A stretch of 55,547 nt of DNA from Polyangia bacterium. GTDB taxonomy: Bacteria; Myxococcota_A; Polyangia; Fen-1088. The DNA lies in the NCBI GenBank assembly GCA_038325725.1, contig JBBQJG010000002.1:1-55547 (forward strand), in the 5' to 3' direction. Under the pieces are notes generated by a model, which was not told the DNA's origin, did no database searches, and saw only the letters and a list, made by a program, of their open reading frames with translations. A program made the translations under genes and the position numbers. Of this stretch, positions 46,397-55,496 are shown piece by piece (the stretch's first letter is position 1; each line of letters opens with the position of its first letter).

Positions 46397-48826
46397 ATGG
46401 TAGGTCCGGCGGTGAAAGGCGTCAACGAACGCGGCGCCAATCCTGTGTTGCGCGCGACGATTCTCGTCGGAAAGCGCTGGCTCGTGTGGGTCGCCGTGCT
46501 CGCCGCTCTGACATTGGCGCTGGACTTCGTACCGCTGTTCGACGTCCTCGGGTACGACTTCGCCTTCGCGCTCGGGATGGTCGCTGCCTTCGCGTCTGTC
46601 GACATTGGGCACGGCGTCGTCGCGCGCTGGCGGGCTTCGACATTGGATTCTGGTGCCGCGCTCGACGCGCTCACGCTCGCGCGGCTCGTGCGGCGCGCCA
46701 TCCTCGCGGCGCTCGCGGCGCTCGCGCCGCCGCTCGTGCTGTCGCTCGCGAACGCGGCGCGCGTGCGGAACTGCAGCCTCGGCGACGGGCTCGCGTTCTA
46801 CGCGCTCCTCCCCGTCGGCACGGCGCTCTTCGCGGCGCCTGCAGGCGTGCTCGCGGGCGCGTGGTCCCCGCGGCGCGGGCGGCTCGTCGCCTGGTCAGTG
46901 CCCCTGCTGTCGCTCGCGTGGGCCGCGTGGCGCCTGTGGGCCGACCCGGCGGTGTTCGCCTTCGATCCGTTCGGCGGATTCGTGCCCGGACCCGTTTACG
47001 ACGAAGCGCTGCGCCCCCCTGCCCGCTTGCTGATCTTCCGCCTCACGAACCTCGTGTGGATCGGCGCGGCCGTCACCGTGGCGCTCGCCGCCGTCGGACG
47101 CGGGCGCGATCCGCGGCGCTGGCGCCGGGGCCTCACGCTCGCCGCGGCGCCGCTCGTGATCGCGTCGGCCTGCCTGTTTGCGCTGCGCGGGGATCTCGGC
47201 TTCGCGATTCGCCGGGACGATCTCCTCGTGGTGCTGGATCGCACGCTGACGACCGAGCACTTCGTCGTCCACTACGCGTCGTCCGCCGGCAAGACGCCCG
47301 CCGATCTCGCGCTTCAGGCCGAGGACTACGAGTTCCGCTACGCGCAGCTCAGCGAGACGCTCGGCGCGACGCCCGCGGGGCCGGTCACCGTCTGGGACTT
47401 CCCGAACGCCGACGTCAAGAAGGCGTACGTCGGCGCGGGCCACACGCTGTACGCGCGGCCGTGGACGCGCGAGATCTTCGTGCAGGCGGAGCGCTTCCCC
47501 TCGGGCCGCATTCGCCACGAGCTGGCGCACGTCTTCGCGGGGGCGTTCGGCGATCCGATCCTCGGCATCTCCTTCGCGTGGCATTGGAAGGGCCCGCTGC
47601 CACTCCCGACGCTCGCGATGGGGCTCGTCGAGGGCCTCGCCGAGGCGGCCGACACGAGCGATCCCGATGGTGCGTCGACGATCCACCAGGAGGCCGCGGC
47701 CATGATCGCCGACGGGCGCGCGCCGCCGCTGACCGCCATCGTGGGGGCGGGCTTCAGCGCGCAATCGGGCGCGCGGGCTTATACGATGGCCGGATCGTTC
47801 TGCGCGTTCCTCCTCGAGACGCGCGGGTCCGAGCGCCTGCGCGCGCTCTACCGCTCGGCCGGCAATTTCTCGGACGTCTATCGCACGCCGCTGGCGACGC
47901 TCGAGGTCGAGTGGCGGGCGTTCCTCGCCAAGCAGCCGCTGTCGAAGGACGACCGCGCCCGCGCCGCCGAGCAATTTCGCCGGCCCGCGATCTTCAAGAA
48001 GGTGTGCGCGCGCGATCTCGCGGCGCGGCTCGGAGAGGCCCGCGGGCTCGAACGCGTCGCGCCCGCCACCGCCGTCCGGATGCTCGAGGGCGCGTGCGCC
48101 GACGATCCGCACGAGCCGACATTCCGCCTCGAGCTCGTGCAGGCGCGGGCGTTCGCGGGCGATCGCAGGGGCGCGCTCGAGGGGCTCGGTCGCCTGGCCG
48201 CCGACGCCGATGTCACGCAGCCCTTGCACGCGCAGGCGGCCAGCCTCGCCGCCGAGATCCAGTTCCAGGCGCGCGACGTCGCGAACGCCGTCGCCGAGGA
48301 GAAGCGGGCGCTCGCTCTCGCGACGGAGGACGGCGACCGGCGGCTCGCGACGGTGAAGCTGCGCGCGCTCGAGACACCGCTCGGGCGCGACACGCTGGGA
48401 CGCGCGCTCTTCGGCGACGCGCTCGGCGGCGCGGGCGCCGATCCCGTGCTCATGTTCCACCTATTGGCTGAATATGCGCGCCTGTTCCCGGCCGATCGGC
48501 TGGGGCCGTATCTCCTCGGTCGACAACTGCTCGGGCGCGATCCGTCGCTCGCGCTGCCCTTCCTGAGCCGCGCCTGCGACGACGACGCGCCCTCGGGGAA
48601 CGCCGAGGGAACGCTGCCGCCCCTGTTCCAGCGCGAGTGCCGGCGCATGGTCGGAGAGGCGGCCTACCGCCTGGGCGACTTCGATCGCGCGCGCGCCGCC
48701 TATGGGCGCCTCGCCGACGAGGCCGACGTCGAGGCGGAGCGCCTGCGCGCGCTCGACATGCAGGCGCGGGCGATCTGGGCGTCGTCGCGCCGTCAGGGTC
48801 CGATCGCGCGCACGGCGGCGCCCTGA
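46397..48826 (+). CDS. Polytopic membrane protein fused to a zincin-like (HExxH) domain and TPR-like repeats
   Basis: ATG 46397. About 8 hydrophobic segments in the first ~300 aa. HELAHVF at 47516-47536 followed by LVEGLAEA. The C-terminal third is TPR-like. The HELAHVF heptapeptide and overall layout are shared with the partial gene at 1-1755. Confidence 0.7.
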   Translation: MVGPAVKGVNERGANPVLRATILVGKRWLVWVAVLAALTLALDFVPLFDVLGYDFAFALGMVAAFASVDIGHGVVARWRASTLDSGAALDALTLARLVRRAILAALAALAPPLVLSLANAARVRNCSLGDGLAFYALLPVGTALFAAPAGVLAGAWSPRRGRLVAWSVPLLSLAWAAWRLWADPAVFAFDPFGGFVPGPVYDEALRPPARLLIFRLTNLVWIGAAVTVALAAVGRGRDPRRWRRGLTLAAAPLVIASACLFALRGDLGFAIRRDDLLVVLDRTLTTEHFVVHYASSAGKTPADLALQAEDYEFRYAQLSETLGATPAGPVTVWDFPNADVKKAYVGAGHTLYARPWTREIFVQAERFPSGRIRHELAHVFAGAFGDPILGISFAWHWKGPLPLPTLAMGLVEGLAEAADTSDPDGASTIHQEAAAMIADGRAPPLTAIVGAGFSAQSGARAYTMAGSFCAFLLETRGSERLRALYRSAGNFSDVYRTPLATLEVEWRAFLAKQPLSKDDRARAAEQFRRPAIFKKVCARDLAARLGEARGLERVAPATAVRMLEGACADDPHEPTFRLELVQARAFAGDRRGALEGLGRLAADADVTQPLHAQAASLAAEIQFQARDVANAVAEEKRALALATEDGDRRLATVKLRALETPLGRDTLGRALFGDALGGAGADPVLMFHLLAEYARLFPADRLGPYLLGRQLLGRDPSLALPFLSRACDDDAPSGNAEGTLPPLFQRECRRMVGEAAYRLGDFDRARAAYGRLADEADVEAERLRALDMQARAIWASSRRQGPIARTAAP

Positions 48827-48863
48827 ATCTCCGGGCTGGACGCGCGGCGACCGGAAACGCAGA

Positions 48864-49337
48864 ATGACGGCGATGCGATCCCCCGGCCCCGCTTGCCGCG
48901 CGACGAGCCTGTGCGTCGCGACGATCTTGTTAGCTGCTTTGGCGACGCCCGCGCGCGCGGAGACACCCTCGTCGACGACGACGCCGGCGTCCACGACGCC
49001 TTCCGCGCCTGCGACGACGCCGTCGCCCGCGCCCCCGGGCTCCCTCGAGACAGGAGATACGGCGGCCCCCCCGGGCGCGCCTCCCGCCGCCGTCGAGCCG
49101 CTCGGCGCGCCGGTCTCGGGCGTGTTGCCCGTCGCCCCCACGTCCCTCACGGCGACCGAGGGTGCGTACGCGCCCCCTCCCCTGGCGCCTCGTCCTGTTC
49201 CTTTCTATCGAAAGGCTTGGTTTTGGGGCGTCTGCGGCGTCGCCATCGTGACGTTGACGATCATCGGTGTCCTGTCCCTGCAGCCCATCGATCCCGCCCA
49301 GCCCACGACGCGCCTCGGGGACATGCATGCGTTCTAG
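48864..49337 (+). CDS. Pro/Thr-rich exported protein with C-terminal TM anchor
   Basis: ATG 48864. Signal peptide (LCVATILLAALATPARA). PT-rich linker. TM segment WFWGVCGVAIVTLTIIGVLSL. Low-complexity content makes the call less certain. Confidence 0.5.
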   Translation: MTAMRSPGPACRATSLCVATILLAALATPARAETPSSTTTPASTTPSAPATTPSPAPPGSLETGDTAAPPGAPPAAVEPLGAPVSGVLPVAPTSLTATEGAYAPPPLAPRPVPFYRKAWFWGVCGVAIVTLTIIGVLSLQPIDPAQPTTRLGDMHAF

Positions 49338-50472
49338 TCGCTCTCGTTCGAGTCGCGCGTCGGTCTTTTCGGCGGCGCTGTTGTCCTTGGTGGCCCTCTC
49401 GCTCGCGACGGGCTGCGCGAAGCCCAAGTCGTACTTCGTGCTCAAGCTCGAATCGGGCACGCCCATCGTCGACATTCGGACCGTCGTCGTCGACGTTCAT
49501 CAAAGCGACACGCTCTCGAAGACGCTGACCTACCGCGCGGATCCGGCGATTGCGCTCGACGAAACGCACCCTTCCGACCTGTCCGTGAGCTTTTCGGGCG
49601 GTCAGTCGGGCTCGGTGTCGTTCCACGTGACGGTCAACGACCGGTACAACTGCAAGGTCGGGGAGAGCTCCACCGACACGACGGGAATCATCAAGGGCGG
49701 GAGCGTCGGCGAGGTCATCATCGCCCTGTCGGCCTTCGGCGGGTGCAGCACGCGAGACGGCGGCGCCCCCGACGGCTCGACGGGCGACGCGTTCCCCGGC
49801 TGCGATCCGGTGTCCCCCGTCTGCGGCCCCGGCAAGACCTGCCAAGTGAACTGCACCAAGAGCGTCGCCGAGTGCACCGCGGGCGGCAGCGGCGCGCCCG
49901 GGGCCCTCTGCGCGACGAACGCCGACTGCGCGGCCGGCTCGCAGTGCTTCGACTACTCCGGCACCGGCTGCGGCGTAAAACTGTGTCTCCGCTTCTGCAA
50001 CAACGACAACGGATGCGCCACGGGCCCGTCCCCGGACGCGGGCACGACGGACGCGGGCGGAGGCGCCACTGTCGGCACGCGCAGCTTGTGCGCGGGGCCC
50101 GTCCAGTGCGGCGGGAGCAACACCTCGTACCACACGTGCACGTTCGGCTGCGATCCGCGCGAGACCGCGGCGTCCGCGGGCACGGCAGGCTGCCCCAAGG
50201 GCCTCTCCTGCCTCGTCGTCGCCGACATGGATCAGGTCGATTGCGCGTGCGCCGACAAGAACCGCGTGGGCCTCGACAACACCCCCTGTACGAGCAGCGC
50301 GCAATGCGCGCCCGGCTACATCTGCAACCAGATGTCGAACGCGAAGGTCTGCCGCGCGATCTGCCGGTGCGACGCCACCGGAATGACGTGCAACGCGCCC
50401 AACGACTGCAAGGCGGCCGGAAAGTCGTGTGCGGCGCTCACGAACGATACGACCTTCGGGGTGTGCTTGTAG
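49327..50472 (+). CDS. Cys-rich lipoprotein
   Basis: ATG 49327, an 11-nt overlap with the previous gene. Lipobox (LVALSLATGC). The C-terminal two-thirds hold roughly thirty Cys in recurring C-x(3-5)-DC-x(2)-G-x(2)-C-like spacing (LCATNADCAAGSQCF, PCTSSAQCAPGYICN, TCNAPNDCKAAGKSCA). Confidence 0.65.
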   Translation: MRSSRSRSSRASVFSAALLSLVALSLATGCAKPKSYFVLKLESGTPIVDIRTVVVDVHQSDTLSKTLTYRADPAIALDETHPSDLSVSFSGGQSGSVSFHVTVNDRYNCKVGESSTDTTGIIKGGSVGEVIIALSAFGGCSTRDGGAPDGSTGDAFPGCDPVSPVCGPGKTCQVNCTKSVAECTAGGSGAPGALCATNADCAAGSQCFDYSGTGCGVKLCLRFCNNDNGCATGPSPDAGTTDAGGGATVGTRSLCAGPVQCGGSNTSYHTCTFGCDPRETAASAGTAGCPKGLSCLVVADMDQVDCACADKNRVGLDNTPCTSSAQCAPGYICNQMSNAKVCRAICRCDATGMTCNAPNDCKAAGKSCAALTNDTTFGVCL

Positions 50473-50480
50473 GCAGAGCC

Positions 50481-50705
50481 CGGACGCAGAGTCGCAGCGC
50501 GGACTCGCTCCCAGAAGGCGGACGCGGAGTCGCGTCGCGGACTCGCTCCCAGAGGCGGACGCAGAGTCGCATCGCGGACTCGCTCTCAGAAGGCGGACGC
50601 AGAGTCGCGTCGCGGACTCGCTCTCAGAAGGCGGACGCGGAGTCGCATCGCGGACTCGCTCCCAGAGGCGGACGCAGAGTCGCGTCGCGGACTCGCTCCC
50701 AGGCC
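50481..50705. repeat. Six head-to-tail copies of a 37/38-bp unit (cggacgcRgagtcgcNNcgcggactcgctcYcagaRgg)
   Basis: Unit starts are at 50481, 50519, 50556, 50594, 50632 and 50669, with no unique spacers between units. Each unit has an internal inverted repeat, GAGTCGC..GCGGACTC. Confidence 0.9.
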
Positions 50706-50720
50706 AGATCAATCCCAGTC

Positions 50721-50750
50721 CAGAGCCTCGCGTCCCATACCGCGCGGCAC
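50721..50750. repeat. Left arm of a perfect 30-bp inverted repeat (partner at 50983-51012)
   Basis: cagagcctcgcgtcccataccgcgcggcac is the exact reverse complement of 50983-51012. The similarity extends imperfectly to about 75 bp per arm, ending in gatctgccgcttggt (50774-50788) and accaagcggcagatc (50946-50960). Confidence 0.95.
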
Positions 50751-50982
50751 AATCGTCCCGACAGATTGCGCGCGATCTGCCGCTTGGTAGCTTTCGTCGC
50801 CGAGTGGCATCCGATCCGCTCTGCAAATAGAGCTCGACGACGGGACGAGGTCTCCCCTCCTTCGACGGTGAACGGATGCCACTCGCCGCCGAAAGCCCTG
50901 GTGGCAGACGCGGTGTAAGGGGGAGACCTCGGCACGGCGTGAGCAACCAAGCGGCAGATCAGGCCCAAGTTGTGGGGCGAGT

Positions 50983-51012
50983 GTGCCGCGCGGTATGGGA
51001 CGCGAGGCTCTG
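50983..51012. repeat. Right arm of the perfect 30-bp inverted repeat (partner at 50721-50750)
   Basis: gtgccgcgcggtatgggacgcgaggctctg is the exact reverse complement of 50721-50750. Confidence 0.95.
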
Positions 51013-51020
51013 GTCCGGGT

Positions 51021-51116
51021 CTGGGAGCGAGCCGCAGGCGAAGCGACTCCGGGCCTGGGAGCGAGTCCGCGATGCGACTCCGGGTCTGGGAGCGAGTCCG
51101 CGATGCGACTCCGGGT
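51021..51116. repeat. Three tandem copies (31-34 bp) of the reverse complement of the 50481-50705 repeat unit
   Basis: Units at 51021 (diverged), 51055 and 51086. Positions 51055-51082 are the exact reverse complement of the 28-nt core at 50638-50665 (cggagtcgcatcgcggactcgctcccag). Confidence 0.85.
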
Positions 51117-51149
51117 CCCACGCCAACGTGTTACCGTTTGCGTGTCCGC

Positions 51150-54100
51150 ATGAACGAGCCGAACACGGACGCGGAGGCTGACCTTCAGGGCCCGTTGCCC
51201 AGGGCCTTTGGGAACTTCACGCTGCTCAAGTCTTTGGCGCGGGGGGCGCGGGGTGAGGTGTTCGCGGCGCTTCGGCCCGTGGAGATTGAGCGGTTTTGCG
51301 CGCTGAAGGTGCTGACGGCCGAGACGACGCGGCGGCCGGACTTCGTCACCGGGCTTCGCAACGAGGCGACGCGCATCGTGAGGAGGATTCACGGCAACCT
51401 CGTGCAGCTGTATGACGTCGGGTTGGTCGATCAGCGCTTGTTCTTCGTGAGCGAGCTCGTCGACGGCCTCGACCTCGCGGCGCTGCAGGCGGCGTTGGCG
51501 CGGAGGCGGCAGGCGTTTCCCGTCGACGTCGCCGTGTTCGTCGCGATGGAGATCGCGGCGGCGCTCAGCTATTTGGGGCGGTTCGCGATTCGCAACGGCG
51601 ATCCGGCGCCGCTGCCGGGCGGATTGTCGCCGCGGGCGGTGCTGCTGTCCTTCGACGGCGAGGTGAAGCTGCTCCACTACGGCGCGATGATGGCGTCGCT
51701 GCCCATCCACGAGACGCTCATGCCGCCGATCGCCGTCGCGGCCAATCTCACGGCGCCCGGCGCGACCGAGATCTATTTGGTGGGAGAGCTCCTGCGCTCG
51801 CTCGTCGGCGCGTCGCCCGTCGCCGTGGGCAAGGCGCCCCCGCTGGTTCCGCCGGCCGGGGCGCGCGCCCTCCAGCCGCCCCCGACGCTCGCGCGCGTCA
51901 TCGAGCGGGCGCTCGCGACCGAGCCCTCGCAGCGCTTCGCCGACGTCGATGATCTGCGCGCGTCGCTCGCGACGATCCTGCGCGCGCTTCGGCCCGCGGG
52001 AGCGACGACGCCGGCCCTCGGCGACCTGCTCCGGCAAGCGGCGCCGCCCACGCTCGTCGATCGCGCGGCGCTCATTGCCCTCGCGAAGTCGTACGATCCG
52101 AAGCGCGGCGCCTCGCCCCCGACGTGGAAGGCCATCACGCTGACGCGCCTCGAGACGGGCGCCGCCTCGCGCCCACCGCGCGCGCTCGCGCCCGTCGTCG
52201 ATCTCGGCGCGCTCGGCGCGGGCGAGGTCATCCCCGGGACGCGCTATCGCATCCTGTCGAAGATCGGCGAGGGCGGCATGGGCAGCGTCTACCTCTCCGA
52301 GCACGTCGACCTCGAGAAGAAGGTCGCCCTCAAGCTGTTGCGTGCCGACGTCGCGCGCGACGCCGAGACGCTACAGCAGTTTCGCCAAGAGGCGCGCGCC
52401 GCCTCGAAGATCGGCAGCGCGTACATCTGCGACGTCACCGACTTCGGCGAGCTCGCCGACGGCCGCGTCTTCTTCGTCATGGAGTACCTCGACGGGCAGT
52501 CGCTCGGCCGCGTGCTCCGTCAGCTGTCGCGCATCCCAGCGGCGCGCGCGATCGCGATCCTGCGGCAAATCGCCAAGGCGCTAGGCGCGGCGCACGAAAA
52601 AGGCATCGTGCACCTCGACGTCAAACCCGACAACGTCATGCTGCTCGCCCAGGGCAAGCGCGTCGACGCCGTCAAGGTCGTCGACTTCGGCATCGCCGGC
52701 CTCATCCAACAAGGCGGAGAGGAAGAGGAGATCGCCGGCACGCCCGAGTACATCGCGCCCGAGCGCGCGCAGGGGCACGGCTACGACCACCGCAGCGACA
52801 TCTACGCCATGGGCGTCGTCGCCTACGAGATGATGAGCGGCAGCGTCCCCTTCCACGGCAAGAATCACGTCGCGACGCTGACGATGCAGGTCAAGGACCC
52901 GCCCATGCCGCTCGATCGCCAGCCCCAGACGAAAGGGTTGCCGCTCGAGCTCGTGAGCCTCGTCATGCGCATGCTCTCGAAGGATCCCGAGGCGCGTCCG
53001 CAGAGCATGGCCGAGGTCGAGGCGCTGCTGTGCGAGGCCCAGATCGCGGCGGGCCTCACGACGGGCTGGGACGATCTCGAGCTGCCCGCCGTCGACGACG
53101 CGTGGCGCGAGAAGCTCGAGCGGCGCATGCCGTCGTCGCGGCGTCCCCGGCGCGCGATCCTACTGGCCGCGGGCGGTGTCGCCGCCGTGTCGCTCGCCGT
53201 CGCGATCTACTTCGGCTTCGTGCGCGCGCCGTCCATCGTCGTCAAGGAGGTGCGCGTCGAGCTCACGAACACCGAGGAGGCGCCCGCCGTCGCGGCGGCG
53301 CTGCTCAAGGCCGATCAGGCCGCGCGGCGCGAACGCTATGTGCGCCCCGCGAACGATTCGGCGCTTCACTACATCGAGGTCGCCGAGGGCGAGGCGACTG
53401 CCCTGCGGCGCAATTCGGCGGGCGCGACGAGTCTGCGGCGCGCCTACGCCTCGGCCCTCACGGTGATCGGCAACGAGCTCGTCAAGGCCGACCTGCGAGA
53501 CTTGGCCGTCACGAAGTACAAAGAGGCGCTGTTTTTTCTCCCGGACGATCCGGCGTTGCAGGCGAAGGCCGAGCTGTCGCCAGACGAACGCCGGCGGCGC
53601 GAGCGGCGCGACGAGAAGCACGCCGCCGCGGCGGCGCTCGCGCCTGCGCCCGGCGACGACGCGAAAGACGCCGCGACGCGCGTCTTCGTCGCGGCGACGC
53701 ACGGGCGCCTGTCCGAGGCGCGCCTGGCGCTCAAGAGCTTGGGCGGCGACGATCCTGGCGGCGTGCAGAGCGCGCGCCTCGCCGATGCGCTGCGCACGCG
53801 CGCGGCCGCCGCTTGGAGCGCGGGACACCAGGACGACGCGCGCCCGCTTTACGCCCTCGTCAGCGAGATCGATGGGCACGACGCCGAAGCGCGCGAGCGC
53901 GGTAAGACGCCGACGGCCCCGACGGCGATCCCTGACGCGGGCGTGGCCGCGGTCGTCGCGTCGCCGCCCGCGGGCAAGGGCAAGCGCCGCGACGACGCGA
54001 GCCCGAACGACGCCGAAGCGAGCGCGCCACGCAACCCGGCCGCCGCGAAGGTCGCCGCGGAGGCGGGCCTCGCGGCGATGGCGCGCGGCCGCCTGCCCGA

Positions 54101-54401
54101 CGCCGAGCAGGCGTTCACGCGCGCCGTCCGCGCCGACTCGACGAACGCCGTCGCCGTGGGCGGTCTCGCCGAGGTCGCCTTCGAGCGCGCCCGGTATGCT
54201 GACGCGCTCGACTACGCCCGCCGCGCGTCGCGCCTCGCCCCGAAGAACCCGAAGTATCTCGTCGTGACGGGCGATGCCTTCTTCAAGTTGCTCCGCTACG
54301 ACGAAGCCCTCGCGAGCTACGAGAAGGCCGCCACCCTCGCCCCCCGTGACGCCGCCATCAAGGCCCGGGCCGATCGCGTCCGCGCCAAAATGGACAAGTG
54401 A
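51150..54401 (+). CDS. Tandem pseudokinase-kinase Ser/Thr protein kinase with TM segment and C-terminal TPR repeats
   Basis: ATG 51150. Domain 1 (about 51210-52020) is kinase-like ([24 protein letters not shown]), but the catalytic loop reads [10 protein letters not shown] and DFG reads HYG. Domain 2 (about 52240-53030) is intact: [23 protein letters not shown] (non-RD), [17 protein letters not shown] segment [26 protein letters not shown]-like repeats at the C-terminus. Confidence 0.85.
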   Translation: MNEPNTDAEADLQGPLPRAFGNFTLLKSLARGARGEVFAALRPVEIERFCALKVLTAETTRRPDFVTGLRNEATRIVRRIHGNLVQLYDVGLVDQRLFFVSELVDGLDLAALQAALARRRQAFPVDVAVFVAMEIAAALSYLGRFAIRNGDPAPLPGGLSPRAVLLSFDGEVKLLHYGAMMASLPIHETLMPPIAVAANLTAPGATEIYLVGELLRSLVGASPVAVGKAPPLVPPAGARALQPPPTLARVIERALATEPSQRFADVDDLRASLATILRALRPAGATTPALGDLLRQAAPPTLVDRAALIALAKSYDPKRGASPPTWKAITLTRLETGAASRPPRALAPVVDLGALGAGEVIPGTRYRILSKIGEGGMGSVYLSEHVDLEKKVALKLLRADVARDAETLQQFRQEARAASKIGSAYICDVTDFGELADGRVFFVMEYLDGQSLGRVLRQLSRIPAARAIAILRQIAKALGAAHEKGIVHLDVKPDNVMLLAQGKRVDAVKVVDFGIAGLIQQGGEEEEIAGTPEYIAPERAQGHGYDHRSDIYAMGVVAYEMMSGSVPFHGKNHVATLTMQVKDPPMPLDRQPQTKGLPLELVSLVMRMLSKDPEARPQSMAEVEALLCEAQIAAGLTTGWDDLELPAVDDAWREKLERRMPSSRRPRRAILLAAGGVAAVSLAVAIYFGFVRAPSIVVKEVRVELTNTEEAPAVAAALLKADQAARRERYVRPANDSALHYIEVAEGEATALRRNSAGATSLRRAYASALTVIGNELVKADLRDLAVTKYKEALFFLPDDPALQAKAELSPDERRRRERRDEKHAAAAALAPAPGDDAKDAATRVFVAATHGRLSEARLALKSLGGDDPGGVQSARLADALRTRAAAAWSAGHQDDARPLYALVSEIDGHDAEARERGKTPTAPTAIPDAGVAAVVASPPAGKGKRRDDASPNDAEASAPRNPAAAKVAAEAGLAAMARGRLPDAEQAFTRAVRADSTNAVAVGGLAEVAFERARYADALDYARRASRLAPKNPKYLVVTGDAFFKLLRYDEALASYEKAATLAPRDAAIKARADRVRAKMDK

Positions 54402-54416
54402 GAGGGCCAGCAGAAG

Positions 54417-55496
54417 TTAAAACGTCCCGCTGACGCCGACGACCGAGGCGTGCGGTTGGCCCTCGTCGGTGCCGCGCGAGACGCCGACGCCGCTCAGATA
54501 CAGCCACACGCCTCCCAGCGTCGCCGACGCAGCGCCCACGCCCGTGAGGACGGCGCCGAGGACGCGCGTGCTGCGCAGGTGCGGGCAGTGGCCGAGATCG
54601 TCGCGCTCGGTGGTGTGGCAAGAGAGCTCTTTGCCGTCGATCGACTCGGCCCACACGCCGCCCGCGAGCGCCGCGGCGCCCACGGCGATCGCGAGCCACC
54701 CCATAGCCCGCAGCGGCAGCTTCGAGGGTTGGACGACGAGCTCGAGATCGAGCGTCTCGTCGACGCCGTTGACCGCCGTGATCGTTCGCTCGAGCGCATC
54801 GTAGCCGTCGGCCGCGAGCTCGAGCTTGTGAACGCCCGGCGCGAGCTCGCGATCGATGGGCGCGGCGCCGAGCGGCTCGCCGTCGAGCGTGACGCGCGCG
54901 CGCGACGGCTTCGCGCGGATGATGAACCGCGCGGGCGTGTTGGCGAGCGCCTCGAGCCGCGCGCGCAGCGCCGACGCCGCGAGGCTGACCTTCTCGCTCG
55001 CCTCCTCGACGCCGCAGATCTCGCAGCGCTCGCGGTTCGTGCCGATCGACACGCCGCTACGTCCGTTCACGAGCTCGAGCGTGACGTCGTAGGTCTTCTC
55101 GTGCTCGACGACCGACGCGTACACGAGGAACGCGACGCCCAGCACCTTCGCCGCCTTCTCCGTGCAACTGCCGCCCGCGCAGCTGTCGGCGCCGAGGCCC
55201 GCCGCCGCGAGGCGCTCGTGCACCATGGCACCCGACAGCGCCTCGAACCGCGCCGCCGTGAGCCCCTCGACGAGCCGCTGCGCGAACAGATCGCGCGCCG
55301 CCTCGGGGACGCCGCCCTCGAAGGCCAGCTTGACGACGGCGACGCGCTGCTTGCCACCCGCGGCTTCACCCTGCGCGTAGGCGCGCCCGGGGCGTCCCCA
55401 CGAGACGAGCGCGCACAACCCGACGAACGTCGCGATCCCGAGCGTGCGCGCCGACCGGGACGTCGCGCGCGCGACCGTCGCCCGTGCGTGGGACAT
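54417..55496 (-). CDS. Exported PEGA-domain protein, paralogous in layout to 3451-4713
   Basis: ATG 55496 (or 55511). Signal peptide (IATFVGLCALVSWGRPGRAYA). N-terminal module VAVVKLAFEGG...YDVTLELVNGRSG parallels IAVLGLEALDG...YQVTLKLLDVGHG of the 3451 gene. PEGA segment ARVTLDGEPLGAAPIDRELAPGVHKLELAADGYD. C-terminal TM segments. Confidence 0.75.
   Translation of the reverse strand: MSHARATVARATSRSARTLGIATFVGLCALVSWGRPGRAYAQGEAAGGKQRVAVVKLAFEGGVPEAARDLFAQRLVEGLTAARFEALSGAMVHERLAAAGLGADSCAGGSCTEKAAKVLGVAFLVYASVVEHEKTYDVTLELVNGRSGVSIGTNRERCEICGVEEASEKVSLAASALRARLEALANTPARFIIRAKPSRARVTLDGEPLGAAPIDRELAPGVHKLELAADGYDALERTITAVNGVDETLDLELVVQPSKLPLRAMGWLAIAVGAAALAGGVWAESIDGKELSCHTTERDDLGHCPHLRSTRVLGAVLTGVGAASATLGGVWLYLSGVGVSRGTDEGQPHASVVGVSGTF

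Noticed and set aside
50481-50705. Possible CRISPR array suggested by six regularly spaced repeats.
   Set aside because: The repeat units abut one another with no unique spacers. No cas genes are in the window. Inverted copies of the same unit occur 320 bp away. This does not fit CRISPR architecture.
50700-51020. Retron-like msr/msd, or another known structured RNA (SRP, 6S, tmRNA, RNase P, tRNA), in the inverted-repeat core.
   Set aside because: No reverse transcriptase gene is adjacent. I could not find the conserved SRP domain IV motif, a tRNA T-loop (GTTCRANYC) or other family hallmarks. Only generic inverted repeats are visible. An Rfam scan would be needed to be sure.
50876-51181. 101-aa ORF (plus 50429-50830 and 50624-51121) running through the repeat element.
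   Set aside because: The translations simply repeat the DNA periodicity ([17 protein letters not shown]) and are Arg-rich. There is no SD and no start context. These are artefacts of the repeats.
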